Positions 38,126 to 47,595 of a stretch of DNA of 64,000 nt are shown here, piece by piece. Origin of the DNA: Candidatus Moraniibacteriota bacterium (lineage in GTDB: Bacteria > Patescibacteriota > Minisyncoccia > Moranbacterales > UBA1568); the NCBI GenBank assembly GCA_028688415.1, contig JAQTYF010000001.1:10385-74384 (forward strand), written 5' to 3'. Made by a program: the position numbers and the translations under genes. Below the pieces are notes generated by a model, which made no database searches, had not been told where the DNA came from, and saw only the letters and a program-made list of their open reading frames with translations. Numbering within the stretch: position 1 is the first letter of the stretch; each line of letters begins with the position of its first letter.

Positions 38126-38932
38126 ATGGAAATACTCACTTTTTTACAGTACACGTTCATTCAAAAAGCATTTTTCGCTGGCTCATTCGTGGCGATTGTT
38201 TGTTCAGCGCTTGGTCTGTTTCTTGTGTTGCGAAAAATGTCACTCATTGGCGACGGACTTTCTCATGTCAGTTTTGGTGCTATTGCACTCGGTTTATTCC
38301 TGGGAATATATCCTTTCTATATTGCTGTTCCGATCGTGATGATTGCGTCTCTCTTTATCTTGAAAATTAGCGAAAAAGCTAGAGTATATGGCGACGCTGC
38401 AATTGGTATTGTTTCAGCTGTTGGGATTGCTTCGGGTGTTATTCTTGCGAGTGTTTCCAAGGGATTCAGTGTTGATCTTTTCAGTTATCTTTTCGGAAAC
38501 ATCTTAGCTATTAGCACTATCGAAGTTGTTTTGTCGGTTATGCTTTCCTTTGTGGTTTTAGCAGTGATATATTTTTTCTATTGGGACTTGTTCTCCGCAA
38601 CTTTTGATGAAGAATACGCCAAGACGACTGGTATAAAAACGAACTTTATTCATACACTTTTGACATTACTCACCGCTGTGACAGTAGTTCTGTCTGTCAA
38701 AATGGTTGGAATTATGCTTGTCTCCGCACTTCTTATTCTCCCTGCTGTTACATCTCTGCAGTGTGCCAAAGGTTTCAAGGGAGCGATGATCATTGCTGGT
38801 TTTGTTTCACTTTTTTCGGTGCTATTTGGGATAACCTTTTCTTTTTTCCTTGATTTTCCGACGGGAGCGACAATCGTGATGATGAATGTTTTCTTTTTCG
38901 TGCTTGCACTGATATACAAACGTTTGGAATAA
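38126..38932 (+). CDS. znuB: Metal ABC transporter permease
   Basis: VLRKMSLIGDGLSH, YLFGNIL, VGIMLVSALLILP. Confidence 0.9.
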   Translation: MEILTFLQYTFIQKAFFAGSFVAIVCSALGLFLVLRKMSLIGDGLSHVSFGAIALGLFLGIYPFYIAVPIVMIASLFILKISEKARVYGDAAIGIVSAVGIASGVILASVSKGFSVDLFSYLFGNILAISTIEVVLSVMLSFVVLAVIYFFYWDLFSATFDEEYAKTTGIKTNFIHTLLTLLTAVTVVLSVKMVGIMLVSALLILPAVTSLQCAKGFKGAMIIAGFVSLFSVLFGITFSFFLDFPTGATIVMMNVFFFVLALIYKRLE

Positions 38933-39006
38933 GAATACTTTTCTCTTTTTGTCTTCTCGTTTGACAAGTGGTATACTGAGAATACTAATTCTTTTGTCGT
39001 GATGTT

Positions 39007-39459
39007 ATGAAACTTCGAGGATCTGCGCTCGTATTCTCTCTTGTGGTACTTTCTTTTCTTTTGATGAGTGCTCTGTCTGTCGCCACTATTTCTGTAACGA
39101 ACAAGCGTTCTATTCTCGCAAGTAAGAATTCGACAATCTCTTTTCAATTTGCTGACACGGTAGCAGAAAATATATTAACAAAAATTTATAAAATACATGA
39201 TTCTGTCGCTGGACCACACTATGCTGATTTAGATGCATTGGCTGGTGCGTTGACGGGAGCGGCTTGTGATAACAGTGTTATCACCGGGACAGGATATGCA
39301 GTAACATTCTATAGTTGTGCAGATGCCGATACGTGTTCTGATATTACTTGTTCGAGTAATACTTGGCGCGCCGATGTTTCAAAGATGAAAATCTTGGGTA
39401 CATTCGGTGGAGTGACGAGAGCTATCGAAGTAGGGATTACTCCTGCCACAACACCATAA
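39007..39459 (+). CDS. Minor pilin-like (PilX N-terminal) protein
   Basis: Class III signal-like RG|SALVFSLVV, S..SFQ.ADT..E, C-terminal G..RAIEV. Confidence 0.65.
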   Translation: MKLRGSALVFSLVVLSFLLMSALSVATISVTNKRSILASKNSTISFQFADTVAENILTKIYKIHDSVAGPHYADLDALAGALTGAACDNSVITGTGYAVTFYSCADADTCSDITCSSNTWRADVSKMKILGTFGGVTRAIEVGITPATTP

Positions 39460-39479
39460 ACATTTTCTTTTTATACAGT

Positions 39480-39512
39480 AAAAAACAGAGAACAATTGCT
39501 CTCTGTTTTTTT
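39480..39512. terminator. Bidirectional terminator
   Basis: AAAAAACAGAGA..CTCTGTTTTTT between convergent genes. Confidence 0.7.
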
Positions 39513-39518
39513 ATTGTA

Positions 39519-41681
39519 TTATTCCTTTTTCAACTTGTCTGGTCGATTATTCGGGCACTCTTTTTTGCTACACCGTTCGGGGATAGTTTTGGTCCCTTGC
39601 ATCATAAGGGAACCACAGAGGGAACAGAGAGTACCGGTTGGTTTGGCTTTGATAGCATTTTTGCAATCAGGATAATTGGAACAACTATAGAAAATACCAA
39701 ATCGTCCTTTGCGTTCTGTCATTTTTCCTTTCTTGCAAACAGGACAATCGACGTCGGTCGAGGGGAGAGCATTCTCATCTTTCTTGATGAATTTGCATTT
39801 GGGATAGTTAGAGCAGGCGATGAATGTCCCAAATCGTCCTGTACGTTCCATAAGTTTTCCGTCTTTGCATTTCGGACAATCTTCTCCTGTTTCTTTGGGT
39901 GGTTCAATTTCTTTGCCTTCGAAAGTGAGTGCTCCGGTACACTCAGGGAACCGTGAACAACTGAAGAACTTACCATTGCGCGCGAGCTTGATCACCATTG
40001 TTGCATTACATTTCGGGCAGAGAGTCCCTTCTGGTGCATCGCCCATGTTGGTGACTTTTTCTATATCATCTTTACTCTTCACTTCTTTCTGAAAAGGGAG
40101 ATAGAAATCCTTGAGTGTTTTCTCATACTCACGAGTCCCTGCTGCTATATCATCGAGCTTGTTTTCCATATCGGCCGTGAACACTTCTGAGACAATGTTC
40201 TCAAAATGTTTGAAGAGAAAATCATCGACGACCATTCCAGTATCAGTGACACTGAGGGCTTTACCTGTTTTTTCGACGTAGCCTCGGTCTTGGATGGTTT
40301 TGATAATCGAGGCGTAGGTACTCGGACGACCGATACCTCTTTTTTCGAGTTCTTTCACGAGTCCAGCTTCAGAATATCTTTGTGGTGGTTCGGTTTGTTT
40401 TTCTTCGGAAGCAATGGTGTCTAGCGTGAGAGGATCGGATGTCGCGATTCTCGGTACCTCGACATTATCTCCTCGTGCGGCGGTATCGAGAGCGAGCCAT
40501 CCATCGAACAGGAGATGTGAACCACTGACGGAGAAATTTGGCAATGCTCGATCAATTGTATTGGCGATGATTTTGGTGCGGAGTATTTCTGCGTCACTCA
40601 TCTGTGAAGCGAGTGTTCGTATGCGAATCAGTGCATAGAGTTTCTTTTCGTCCTCGGTAAATCCAGCTGTTTTCTTGGACGGATCAGTCGGACGTATCGC
40701 TTCGTGGGCTTCTTGGGCATTTTTACTCTTGGTTTTGTAGTGCCTGACAGAGAGATATTTTTCACCGAACTCTTTCGTCACTGCCTGAATGATTTCAGGT
40801 AAAATAGTTTCAGAAAGAGAAATGCTATCCGTACGCATATACGTGATATATCCTTTTTCGTAGAGTTTCTGAGCAGTACTCATCGTGCGAGATGGAGACA
40901 TGCCGAGACGAGAGCTGCTGGCTTGTTGGAGTGTCGACGTGGTAAACGGTGCGTACGGTCGACGGAGTGCTTCGGTTGTTTTTACTTCGACGACTTCCCA
41001 TTTTTTTTCTTTGGCGAGACGAAGAATGTTCTCTGCCGTTTCCTTGTCTTTGGGTTGTTCAGAACAGGTAAAAAGTATCTTTTCTTTTTTTTCTGTCGAA
41101 CACTCTGCTGTAATGACGAAATATGTCTCGGGAATGAATTCTCTGATTTCTTTCTCTCTTTCTGCGAGAATGTGGAGTGCTGGGGATTGGACGCGTCCAG
41201 CAGAGAGTCCATAACGAACCTTCTTCCAGATGAGACCGGAGAGATCATAGCCGACGAGACGATCAAGGACACGACGAGCCTCCTGTGCTTTTCGGAGATT
41301 GGTATCGAGAATGCCTGGATGAGCGACTGCTTCCTTCACTGCTTTTTCAGTAATTTCATAGAAGAGGACACGCTTTGGATTTTTGATACCACAGGTCTCA
41401 GCGACATGCCACGCGATAGCCTCACCTTCGCGGTCGGGATCGCTTGCAAGGAGTACTGCTTCACTTTTTTTGACGAGGGATTTGATATCTCGCACAACAG
41501 ACTCTTTGCCAGGAGAGACGATGTATCGAGGAATGAAACCACCAGGGATATCGATAGCGTCTTTGTTGGATTTCGGGAGATCGCGGACATGTCCGACGGA
41601 AGCGACGACACGATACTCACCACCGAGATATTTCTCGATGGTTTTGGCTTTGGACGGTGATTCGACAATGAGAAGTTTCAT
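39519..41681 (-). CDS. topA: DNA topoisomerase I
   Basis: LIVESPSKAKTI, ASDPDREGEAIAWH, SAGRVQS, ITYMRTDS, AQEAHEAIRPT, C-terminal Zn ribbons. Confidence 0.97.
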   Translation of the reverse strand: MKLLIVESPSKAKTIEKYLGGEYRVVASVGHVRDLPKSNKDAIDIPGGFIPRYIVSPGKESVVRDIKSLVKKSEAVLLASDPDREGEAIAWHVAETCGIKNPKRVLFYEITEKAVKEAVAHPGILDTNLRKAQEARRVLDRLVGYDLSGLIWKKVRYGLSAGRVQSPALHILAEREKEIREFIPETYFVITAECSTEKKEKILFTCSEQPKDKETAENILRLAKEKKWEVVEVKTTEALRRPYAPFTTSTLQQASSSRLGMSPSRTMSTAQKLYEKGYITYMRTDSISLSETILPEIIQAVTKEFGEKYLSVRHYKTKSKNAQEAHEAIRPTDPSKKTAGFTEDEKKLYALIRIRTLASQMSDAEILRTKIIANTIDRALPNFSVSGSHLLFDGWLALDTAARGDNVEVPRIATSDPLTLDTIASEEKQTEPPQRYSEAGLVKELEKRGIGRPSTYASIIKTIQDRGYVEKTGKALSVTDTGMVVDDFLFKHFENIVSEVFTADMENKLDDIAAGTREYEKTLKDFYLPFQKEVKSKDDIEKVTNMGDAPEGTLCPKCNATMVIKLARNGKFFSCSRFPECTGALTFEGKEIEPPKETGEDCPKCKDGKLMERTGRFGTFIACSNYPKCKFIKKDENALPSTDVDCPVCKKGKMTERKGRFGIFYSCSNYPDCKNAIKAKPTGTLCSLCGSLMMQGTKTIPERCSKKECPNNRPDKLKKE

Positions 41682-41710
41682 AGACAATAAAATGTTTGGA
41701 AATTTGTACT

Positions 41711-41807
41711 TTTTTTAAAAATAGGAAAAAAACTTTTTTAGAAAACCATTGGGCGAAACTGCTTCGGACGGGTTTATCTAAAAAGTTTTTTTCCTATTTT
41801 TAAAAAA
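41711..41807. repeat. Long hairpin with a conserved ~40-nt core, copy 1 (copy 2 at 48215-48302)
   Basis: Core AAACCATTGGGCGAAACTGCTTCGGACGGGTTTATCTAAAA enclosed by an AT-rich stem. Confidence 0.8.
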
Positions 41808-41819
41808 CCATTGCTCTCT

Positions 41820-42932
41820 CTATTTTCTGATATAATTCATCCCTCCGATATTACGTATGAGACCTTTGATCTCGAGGAGACCGAGAGTGGAGTTGAGAGA
41901 CGATGTTTCTAGTCTAACTGCTTTGACAATCTTGTCAACGTGGAGTGGTTCATGAGAGAGAATGGAAAGTATCGTATTCTCTTCTTTTGAGAGAGAACTT
42001 TGTTCTTGGAAAAGAGTCTCTTGTGATGAGAGAATATTTTTTTCTGGAAGAGGAAATTCTTCGAGAATGTCTGAAACAGAAGTCACTATTTTCGCGCCAG
42101 ACTTGATGAGGTGATTGGTGCCGACAGAGAAAGGAGAAAAGATGGATCCTGGTACAGCAAATACTTCACGATTATAATCAAGGGCGAGATGAGCTGTGAT
42201 GAGTGCCCCGCTCCTCTCCGGTGCTTCGATGACGATGGTGCCGAGACACATTCCAGCAACGATACGATTACGAGCGGGGAATGTTCCGACATTGACTTCG
42301 GTCCCAGGAGCGTATTCGGAAATGATTGCTCCAGTACGGATGATATTCCGAGCAAGAGGGAGATGTGTCTGAGGAGCGATAGAAAAATCATCGACACCAC
42401 CAGCGAGCACCGCTATTGTCTCGGCACCGGCTTCGAGTGTGGCTTTGTGAGCAATAGAGTCGATGCCAAATGCCAATCCAGAAACAATGACGTATCCTGC
42501 CTGAGCCAGATCGCAAGCAAGTTGGTGGGCCACTTGTTTTCCGTAATCAGTACATTTACGTGAGCCGACGATTGCAATGAGTGATTTTTCTTTCCAATCA
42601 TAATTCCCACGCACAAAAAGAATCATGGGCGCGTCTGGAATTTCTTTGAGTAATCGAGGGTATTTTTTATCGGTAAACGCGAGAGTGTCGATACCTTGAT
42701 CGCTGATTTTTTGCCATTCCTTATCAGGATCAAAAGTATTTCTCCCGTGAAGGATGTCGGCTACCGTTTTTGGTCCGAGGCCTTTGATGTTGAGGAGGGT
42801 TTCTTGAGAGGCTTCCCAGAGTGCTTCGACACTGCCAAAATGTTCGAGGAGTTCTCGGAGAGTTCTGTTTCCGAGACCAGGTACGAGACTGAGTGTATAG
42901 AGGAGAGCTGATGAACGTTGTGTTATATCCAT
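41820..42932 (-). CDS. dprA: DNA-processing protein DprA
   Basis: YPRLLKEIPDAP, AIVGSR, IVSGLAFGID..AH, FPARNRI, SGALITA, REVFAVPG. Confidence 0.96.
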   Translation of the reverse strand: MDITQRSSALLYTLSLVPGLGNRTLRELLEHFGSVEALWEASQETLLNIKGLGPKTVADILHGRNTFDPDKEWQKISDQGIDTLAFTDKKYPRLLKEIPDAPMILFVRGNYDWKEKSLIAIVGSRKCTDYGKQVAHQLACDLAQAGYVIVSGLAFGIDSIAHKATLEAGAETIAVLAGGVDDFSIAPQTHLPLARNIIRTGAIISEYAPGTEVNVGTFPARNRIVAGMCLGTIVIEAPERSGALITAHLALDYNREVFAVPGSIFSPFSVGTNHLIKSGAKIVTSVSDILEEFPLPEKNILSSQETLFQEQSSLSKEENTILSILSHEPLHVDKIVKAVRLETSSLNSTLGLLEIKGLIRNIGGMNYIRK

Positions 42933-42965
42933 TTGTAGAATGAAGAAATATTTCTTAGAAAAAAA

Positions 42966-44603
42966 TTATTCTTTGTCTGGAAAAACATATCGTCCTGGTG
43001 CAATCAATCGTTTTGGATCAATTGATGTCTTGAGTATACTGGCGAGATGTGTAGAGCTAGGAGCGAGATCTTTGAGAAGATGCATTGATGAAAGACTGAG
43101 TCTATAGGGGATGTACCCCATTTTTTGCCCTGCTTGAAAAAGTTCTTCGTAACAACGCTTGGCACGCTCTGCATCCTCTGTGTCATTGAGTCGGAAGAGG
43201 ATAGGAACAGTCACGTCAAAGCAACGCGAGGAGAGACTAGTAAATGTCATAAGTGGCTCGATACCATTTTTTTCACAGATGTCCTGAATCATGCGAGCAC
43301 AAGCGCGGACATCAGAGGATTTGAAAGGGACCAGAGGAGAATACCAGTACAAACCGCAACCGTCACGAGCGGGATCGAGTGGTTTGCCTGTAGGCATATC
43401 AACACCCGATTTCCAGTAGGCGAGAGGGAGAGCGACCTCATTTGGTTTCCCGTGAAGTATTTCAAAAAGAGAAAGGAGAGAATCAATAGTACCAGAGAGA
43501 TGTCTTCCAAAATGTCCTGGAACAAGTTTGGCAAAAGAAGATGCTTGACGTATGAGGGCAGGTGAGAGAAATGTGAGATGTGAGACATGAGGACTGAGTG
43601 TTTCTTTGAGTATAGTCTTGGCTCCTTTGACGAGAGCCTTGTGTCCATAGATAGCACCGATACCAGTCCATGCAGTCACCTGATCAGCGTGCGCCATCAT
43701 ATCGATAATTTTTTGAGGAACAATAGATCCTATCATCGTACTCGTTTCCGGATAGGCTTCTTGCATAGAGAGTACTCGTCTCGCATTCATAATATTGAAT
43801 GATCCAGTGACTGTTCCTGTCAGACTGAGAGATTTCTGAAGAGCCTCGATGGCTTTTTCGAGGTCTGCTTCCTCATTCACACGGAAAAAAACGAGCTCGA
43901 CTTTCTCAGGAACAGGAGCGAGGACAAGCGTCATAGATGTAACAATGCCAAAATTTCCTTGTGAGAAGAGTCCATCGAGATACGGACCGATACCCCATTT
44001 GTGAAGACGATTGACTTCTACACCACCCATTTCATCGAGTGCTCGACGATAGAGTGATCCGTCTGGCAGTACTGCCTCGAGTGAAGTGATAGCAGAGAAA
44101 TGGTCTGCATAAGGAGTGATACCGAAACCTCTTTCGAGTGCATTGCCGACGATACTGCACGTAGGACCTCCTCCGTGTACTGGTACAAGAAACTGAGTTT
44201 TCTTTTTTCGAAGAAAATTATAGAGGTCTTTTTGTGTAACGCCTGGTTCGAGAGTGATGATACCAAGTACTGGATCGAAATTCGAGATTTCTTTCATGAG
44301 AGAGAGGTCTATGACAACGGCTTGTTCTGGAGGAAGACTGTTTCCGTAGCCCCAATTTTTCCCTCCACTCACAGGATAAACTGGAATGTTAAATTTTTGA
44401 GCAATCTCGACCACTCGAATTATATCGGCTGTTTTTTTACAGACGAGTGCCCCGAGGACAGTATAAGTTGTCGTAAAGGTTGTTTTCCCATATTTTTCTC
44501 TACTTTGTTCTTGATCGAGAACATTTCTTTTCCCAAGAATTTTCTGCCAATCAATGAAGGCTCTGTGCAATTCTTTTTCAAAAGATGTGAGATGAAACCC
44601 CAT
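42966..44603 (-). CDS. FAD-linked oxidoreductase, vanillyl-alcohol oxidase / p-cresol methylhydroxylase flavoprotein family
   Basis: PVSGGKNWGYG, LEPGVTQ..L, SIVGNALERGFG.TPY, GIGPYLDGLFSQGNFGIVT, YIPYR, IDPKRLIAPGRY. Confidence 0.88.
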   Translation of the reverse strand: MGFHLTSFEKELHRAFIDWQKILGKRNVLDQEQSREKYGKTTFTTTYTVLGALVCKKTADIIRVVEIAQKFNIPVYPVSGGKNWGYGNSLPPEQAVVIDLSLMKEISNFDPVLGIITLEPGVTQKDLYNFLRKKKTQFLVPVHGGGPTCSIVGNALERGFGITPYADHFSAITSLEAVLPDGSLYRRALDEMGGVEVNRLHKWGIGPYLDGLFSQGNFGIVTSMTLVLAPVPEKVELVFFRVNEEADLEKAIEALQKSLSLTGTVTGSFNIMNARRVLSMQEAYPETSTMIGSIVPQKIIDMMAHADQVTAWTGIGAIYGHKALVKGAKTILKETLSPHVSHLTFLSPALIRQASSFAKLVPGHFGRHLSGTIDSLLSLFEILHGKPNEVALPLAYWKSGVDMPTGKPLDPARDGCGLYWYSPLVPFKSSDVRACARMIQDICEKNGIEPLMTFTSLSSRCFDVTVPILFRLNDTEDAERAKRCYEELFQAGQKMGYIPYRLSLSSMHLLKDLAPSSTHLASILKTSIDPKRLIAPGRYVFPDKE

Positions 44604-44818
44604 ATGTTTATTGAAAGTATTAAAAAGTATAGAGTACTTCTTTCTCTCTCATAGTATCATATATCGATAGAGAAGGAGAAACAAGTTTACTGTGTTATCG
44701 GGCAAGTGTCTTGTTTTGAAATGAGTTTAGTTTTAGAAATAAGGAAAACTTGCTTTATAAGAGGTTTTATCATACTCTATAAGAGTAAAAAACGAACATA
44801 AATGAAGAAAGGAAGTCT

Positions 44819-45046
44819 ATGGAAAAGTTGTTCTTTACCTTGCAAGAAAGGTTTCCTGAAACGAAAGAAGAAGTTCTTCGTTTTGCTCTGAATGTTTTTT
44901 TGTATCAACAAGAAAAGCAAACAGGAAACAAAGCCTCAGTCGACGATGCAACCGCTTTTTTTCGTCGATTCAATTCGAGCAATGACATTGCGTTATGGCT
45001 TCTCGATATTGATGTTGCCGTTCTCAGGGAAATAACCAAAAAATAA
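44819..45046 (+). CDS. Small hypothetical protein
   Basis: 75 aa; AAGGA RBS. Confidence 0.55.
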   Translation: MEKLFFTLQERFPETKEEVLRFALNVFLYQQEKQTGNKASVDDATAFFRRFNSSNDIALWLLDIDVAVLREITKK

Positions 45047-45093
45047 GAGCGCTTCTGTTTTACACAACAGGAACGCTCTTTTTTCGAAAAAAT

Positions 45094-46245
45094 ATGAGTA
45101 ACGAATGGAAGCAAGGAGGGGAATATCCAATCGAAAGAATATCGAATGAACAAGAAGTTTCTCAAGATTCTCTTTCGAGTCTCATCGCACGACAATCAAA
45201 TCCTGAGCTTCTCAAAAAATACGAGGAGAGTTTACGTGATGTACAAAAAGTTCTTGAGGAAAATAATCGATTGCGACGTGAAGGAGAGGAACAGAAGAGA
45301 ACTATTCATGAACTCTCCTACGACAGTATTACAGACTTGAAGATTCGTTCATTATTTTATAAGCAGTTGAATACCCTCGTATCAGAGGAAATTGCTACTC
45401 TGTTCGGCGAAGATATCGCCATGTGGGAGACGCTTCCTCTTGATCAGCTCACTGAAAGAATTTTTAATATTGATATCTCAAACAGTGAAAACACATCCCT
45501 TGCCTTGCTCATGGGTGATGTCGCTTATCTTTCGCTCGCCAATACGAGTAATCATGCTCTCGGTGATGAGTTGTTGAAGAATATCGGGAAAGCTGGCAAG
45601 ACAACAAGCGAACTCTTTCCGGAATCAGCAGAGTTTTTTCGGTATGGTGGAGATGAAATAGTAGGTGTTCTCCGTGCAGAGAGTGAATCGGGTGTCAAAA
45701 ATATCGCTGACTCTTTTGAATCTGAGGTTTCTCAAACTCCATTTGCACATTTAGAAACACTTGGTATCACTCCCCATCTTCATATTGATATTGGAACATC
45801 TCGTTTTTTTGAGGGATTCTCTGCTTTCCGGAATCTCTTAGTGACCATACAAGAAGAAAATAAGAAACGTCAGTTAGCAGGAGAAGATCCTCTCGATATT
45901 CCTTGTGATGATCGCAGGAAAGTGCTCATCGATATGTGGCTCGGTATTGCTGATGAGAAATCTATCCTGCGAAAAGCGGAGAGACGTCTGCCAACACTCA
46001 AATTTTATAAAGAAAACACGCCTGATGTCTACACGGGTATTATCGGTTCTATGAGAAAAGGGGCTCTCAATGTCACTGATGAAGAACTTGATGTCTTGAG
46101 CAATGATCTTGCCTCCATCAGGCAATTTATTGTAGAAAAGAGGCTCCTCACAAAAACAGAAAGTGAGAAAACCTTATCGAGACGCAATGCTCTTGTGAAC
46201 GGAATTATCTATCGTATTGCAACAGACGAATTTCTTTCTGAGTAA
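45094..46245 (+). CDS. Divergent GGDEF-domain protein with an N-terminal coiled coil
   Basis: YDSITDL, LLMGDV...N..NHALGDELL, FRYGGDEI, IDIG. Confidence 0.8.
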   Translation: MSNEWKQGGEYPIERISNEQEVSQDSLSSLIARQSNPELLKKYEESLRDVQKVLEENNRLRREGEEQKRTIHELSYDSITDLKIRSLFYKQLNTLVSEEIATLFGEDIAMWETLPLDQLTERIFNIDISNSENTSLALLMGDVAYLSLANTSNHALGDELLKNIGKAGKTTSELFPESAEFFRYGGDEIVGVLRAESESGVKNIADSFESEVSQTPFAHLETLGITPHLHIDIGTSRFFEGFSAFRNLLVTIQEENKKRQLAGEDPLDIPCDDRRKVLIDMWLGIADEKSILRKAERRLPTLKFYKENTPDVYTGIIGSMRKGALNVTDEELDVLSNDLASIRQFIVEKRLLTKTESEKTLSRRNALVNGIIYRIATDEFLSE

Positions 46246-46321
46246 TTTCTGAAGAAGGAAAAATGTTATCCTCTGTCTGGACAAAAAATGATTCTTTCGT
46301 TACAATAACTTCATTCGTTAT

Positions 46322-46395
46322 GGGCCGTTAGCTCAGTTGGTTAGAGCACCGCATTTGCAATGCGGGGGTCGTCGGTTCGAATCCGACACGGTCCA
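46322..46395 (+). tRNA. tRNA-Ala(TGC)
   Basis: GGGCCGT/ACGGTCC with G3:U70; anticodon arm CCGCA-TTTGCAA-TGCGG. Confidence 0.95.
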
Positions 46396-46492
46396 CTCTG
46401 TTTTCCTCTTGATTTTTTTTTCATTTGTGATATCATTTGAAATACCATTCTATGAATAGGAGGTGTTTTGGATTGAGAACAAGGGAAAATAT

Positions 46493-46566
46493 GGGTGATT
46501 AGCTCAGTTGGTTAGAGCGCTACACTGATAATGTAGAGGTCCCAAGTTCGAATCTTGGATCACCCA
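46493..46566 (+). tRNA. tRNA-Ile(GAT)
   Basis: GGGTGAT/ATCACCC; anticodon arm CTACA-CTGATAA-TGTAG. Confidence 0.95.
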
Positions 46567-46692
46567 CCCACGAAAAATGTGAAACACATATCGTGGCAAG
46601 ACGGGGATTGCTCGGCTTGTCGAAGAGTATGCTGTATGATGATTGAGTAAGGTTTATAGTTTGCTACGTGGCGAACAGAGTGAGTTTTACGT

Positions 46693-46766
46693 AGCGGGGT
46701 AGAGCAGTCTGGCAGCTCGTCTGGCTCATAACCAGAAGGTCGGTGGTTCGAATCCACCCCCCGCAA
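46693..46766 (+). tRNA. tRNA-fMet(CAT), initiator-type
   Basis: 1:72 mismatch, A11:U24 pair, anticodon arm TCTGG-CTCATAA-CCAGA. Confidence 0.9.
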
Positions 46767-47125
46767 CACACGAAAGAATTGAGTGAGTAAGGAGGAAGAC
46801 ACAAACGATTTTGTGTCTGTGTGGATGAGAAGGGATGTTTTCTTGAAAAGAAAAATCCCAGGCTCCTCGAACGAATCCACCCCCCGCAACACACGAAAGA
46901 ATTGAGTGAGTAAGGAGGAAGACACAAACGATTTTGTATCTGTGTGGATGAGAAGGGATGTTTTCTTGAAAAGAAAAATCCCAGGCTCCTCGAACGAATC
47001 CACCCCCCGCAACAAACGGAACAAAGTGAAGTGCAGAGAGGAGGGAATGAGCGAACTGCTTCGCTCATGTGTGGATGAGAAGGGTCGAAGTTCCGCGACG
47101 ACCCAGGCTTCTCGAACGAATCCAC
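46750..47125 (+). repeat. Three tandem ~123-bp units, each beginning with the tRNA-fMet 3' end
   Basis: GAATCCACCCCCCGCAAC at 46750, 46873 and 46996; partial GAATCCAC at 47118; units 1 and 2 nearly identical, unit 3 diverged. Confidence 0.9.
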
Positions 47126-47188
47126 TTGAGTAGTGAAGAAAAATATAATGAAGAGCGAGTGTTCATCGTTTTGTTATGAACTATCTCT

Positions 47189-47262
47189 GGCAGGGTAGCT
47201 CAGTTGGTTAGAGCATAGCCTTCATAAGGCTGGGGTCGCGAGTTCGAATCTCGCCCCTGCTA
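47189..47262 (+). tRNA. tRNA-Met(CAT), elongator (Ile2 not excluded)
   Basis: GGCAGGG/CCCTGCT; anticodon arm TAGCC-TTCATAA-GGCTG. Confidence 0.9.
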
Positions 47263-47283
47263 CACAGAAACAAGAAAATACAC

Positions 47284-47357
47284 GGGGGCGTAGCTCAGCT
47301 GGTTAGAGCGACTGCCTGTCACGCAGTAGGTCGCCGGTTCGAGTCCGGTCGCTCCCG
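47284..47357 (+). tRNA. tRNA-Asp(GTC)
   Basis: GGGGGCG/CGCTCCC, G73; anticodon arm CTGC-CTGTCAC-GCAG. Confidence 0.95.
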
Positions 47358-47362
47358 CAGAG

Positions 47363-47388
47363 AAAAACACCCGCAAGGGTGTTTTTTT
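47363..47388 (+). terminator. Terminator after tRNA-Asp
   Basis: AAAAACACCC-GCAA-GGGTGTTTTTT. Confidence 0.8.
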
Positions 47389-47389
47389 G

Positions 47390-47524
47390 TGGGCGATTGG
47401 CTCGAACGAGGAAGGGGGTCGGGGAAACGGGAGTTTCACCGTTGGCGGAGAGCAGGACTTTGTCCGCTGAGAACGGAGGCGTTCTCAGAGCGAAGCTGTT
47501 CGATTGTCCGGTCGCTCCCGCAGA
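47390..47524. repeat. Structured element ending in a duplicate of the tRNA-Asp 3' end
   Basis: GTCCGGTCGCTCCCGCAGA at 47506-47524 equals 47343-47361; the 5' GGGCGATTGG.TCGAAC can pair with GTTCGA...CCGGTCGCTC. Confidence 0.8.
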
Positions 47525-47595
47525 ATAAAGAACTTGGCCCTTGTGGCTGAGTTTTTTTGTATAAAAATTCTTTTGATGATACATTGAAAATCAAT

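Noticed and set aside
46750-47125. CRISPR array
   Set aside because: Units are ~123 bp, the would-be spacers are nearly identical, the repeat is a tRNA 3' end, and no cas genes are present.
46322-47524. Prophage or integrative island at the tRNA cluster
   Set aside because: 3'-end duplications are only 120-165 bp apart, with no integrase or cargo between them.
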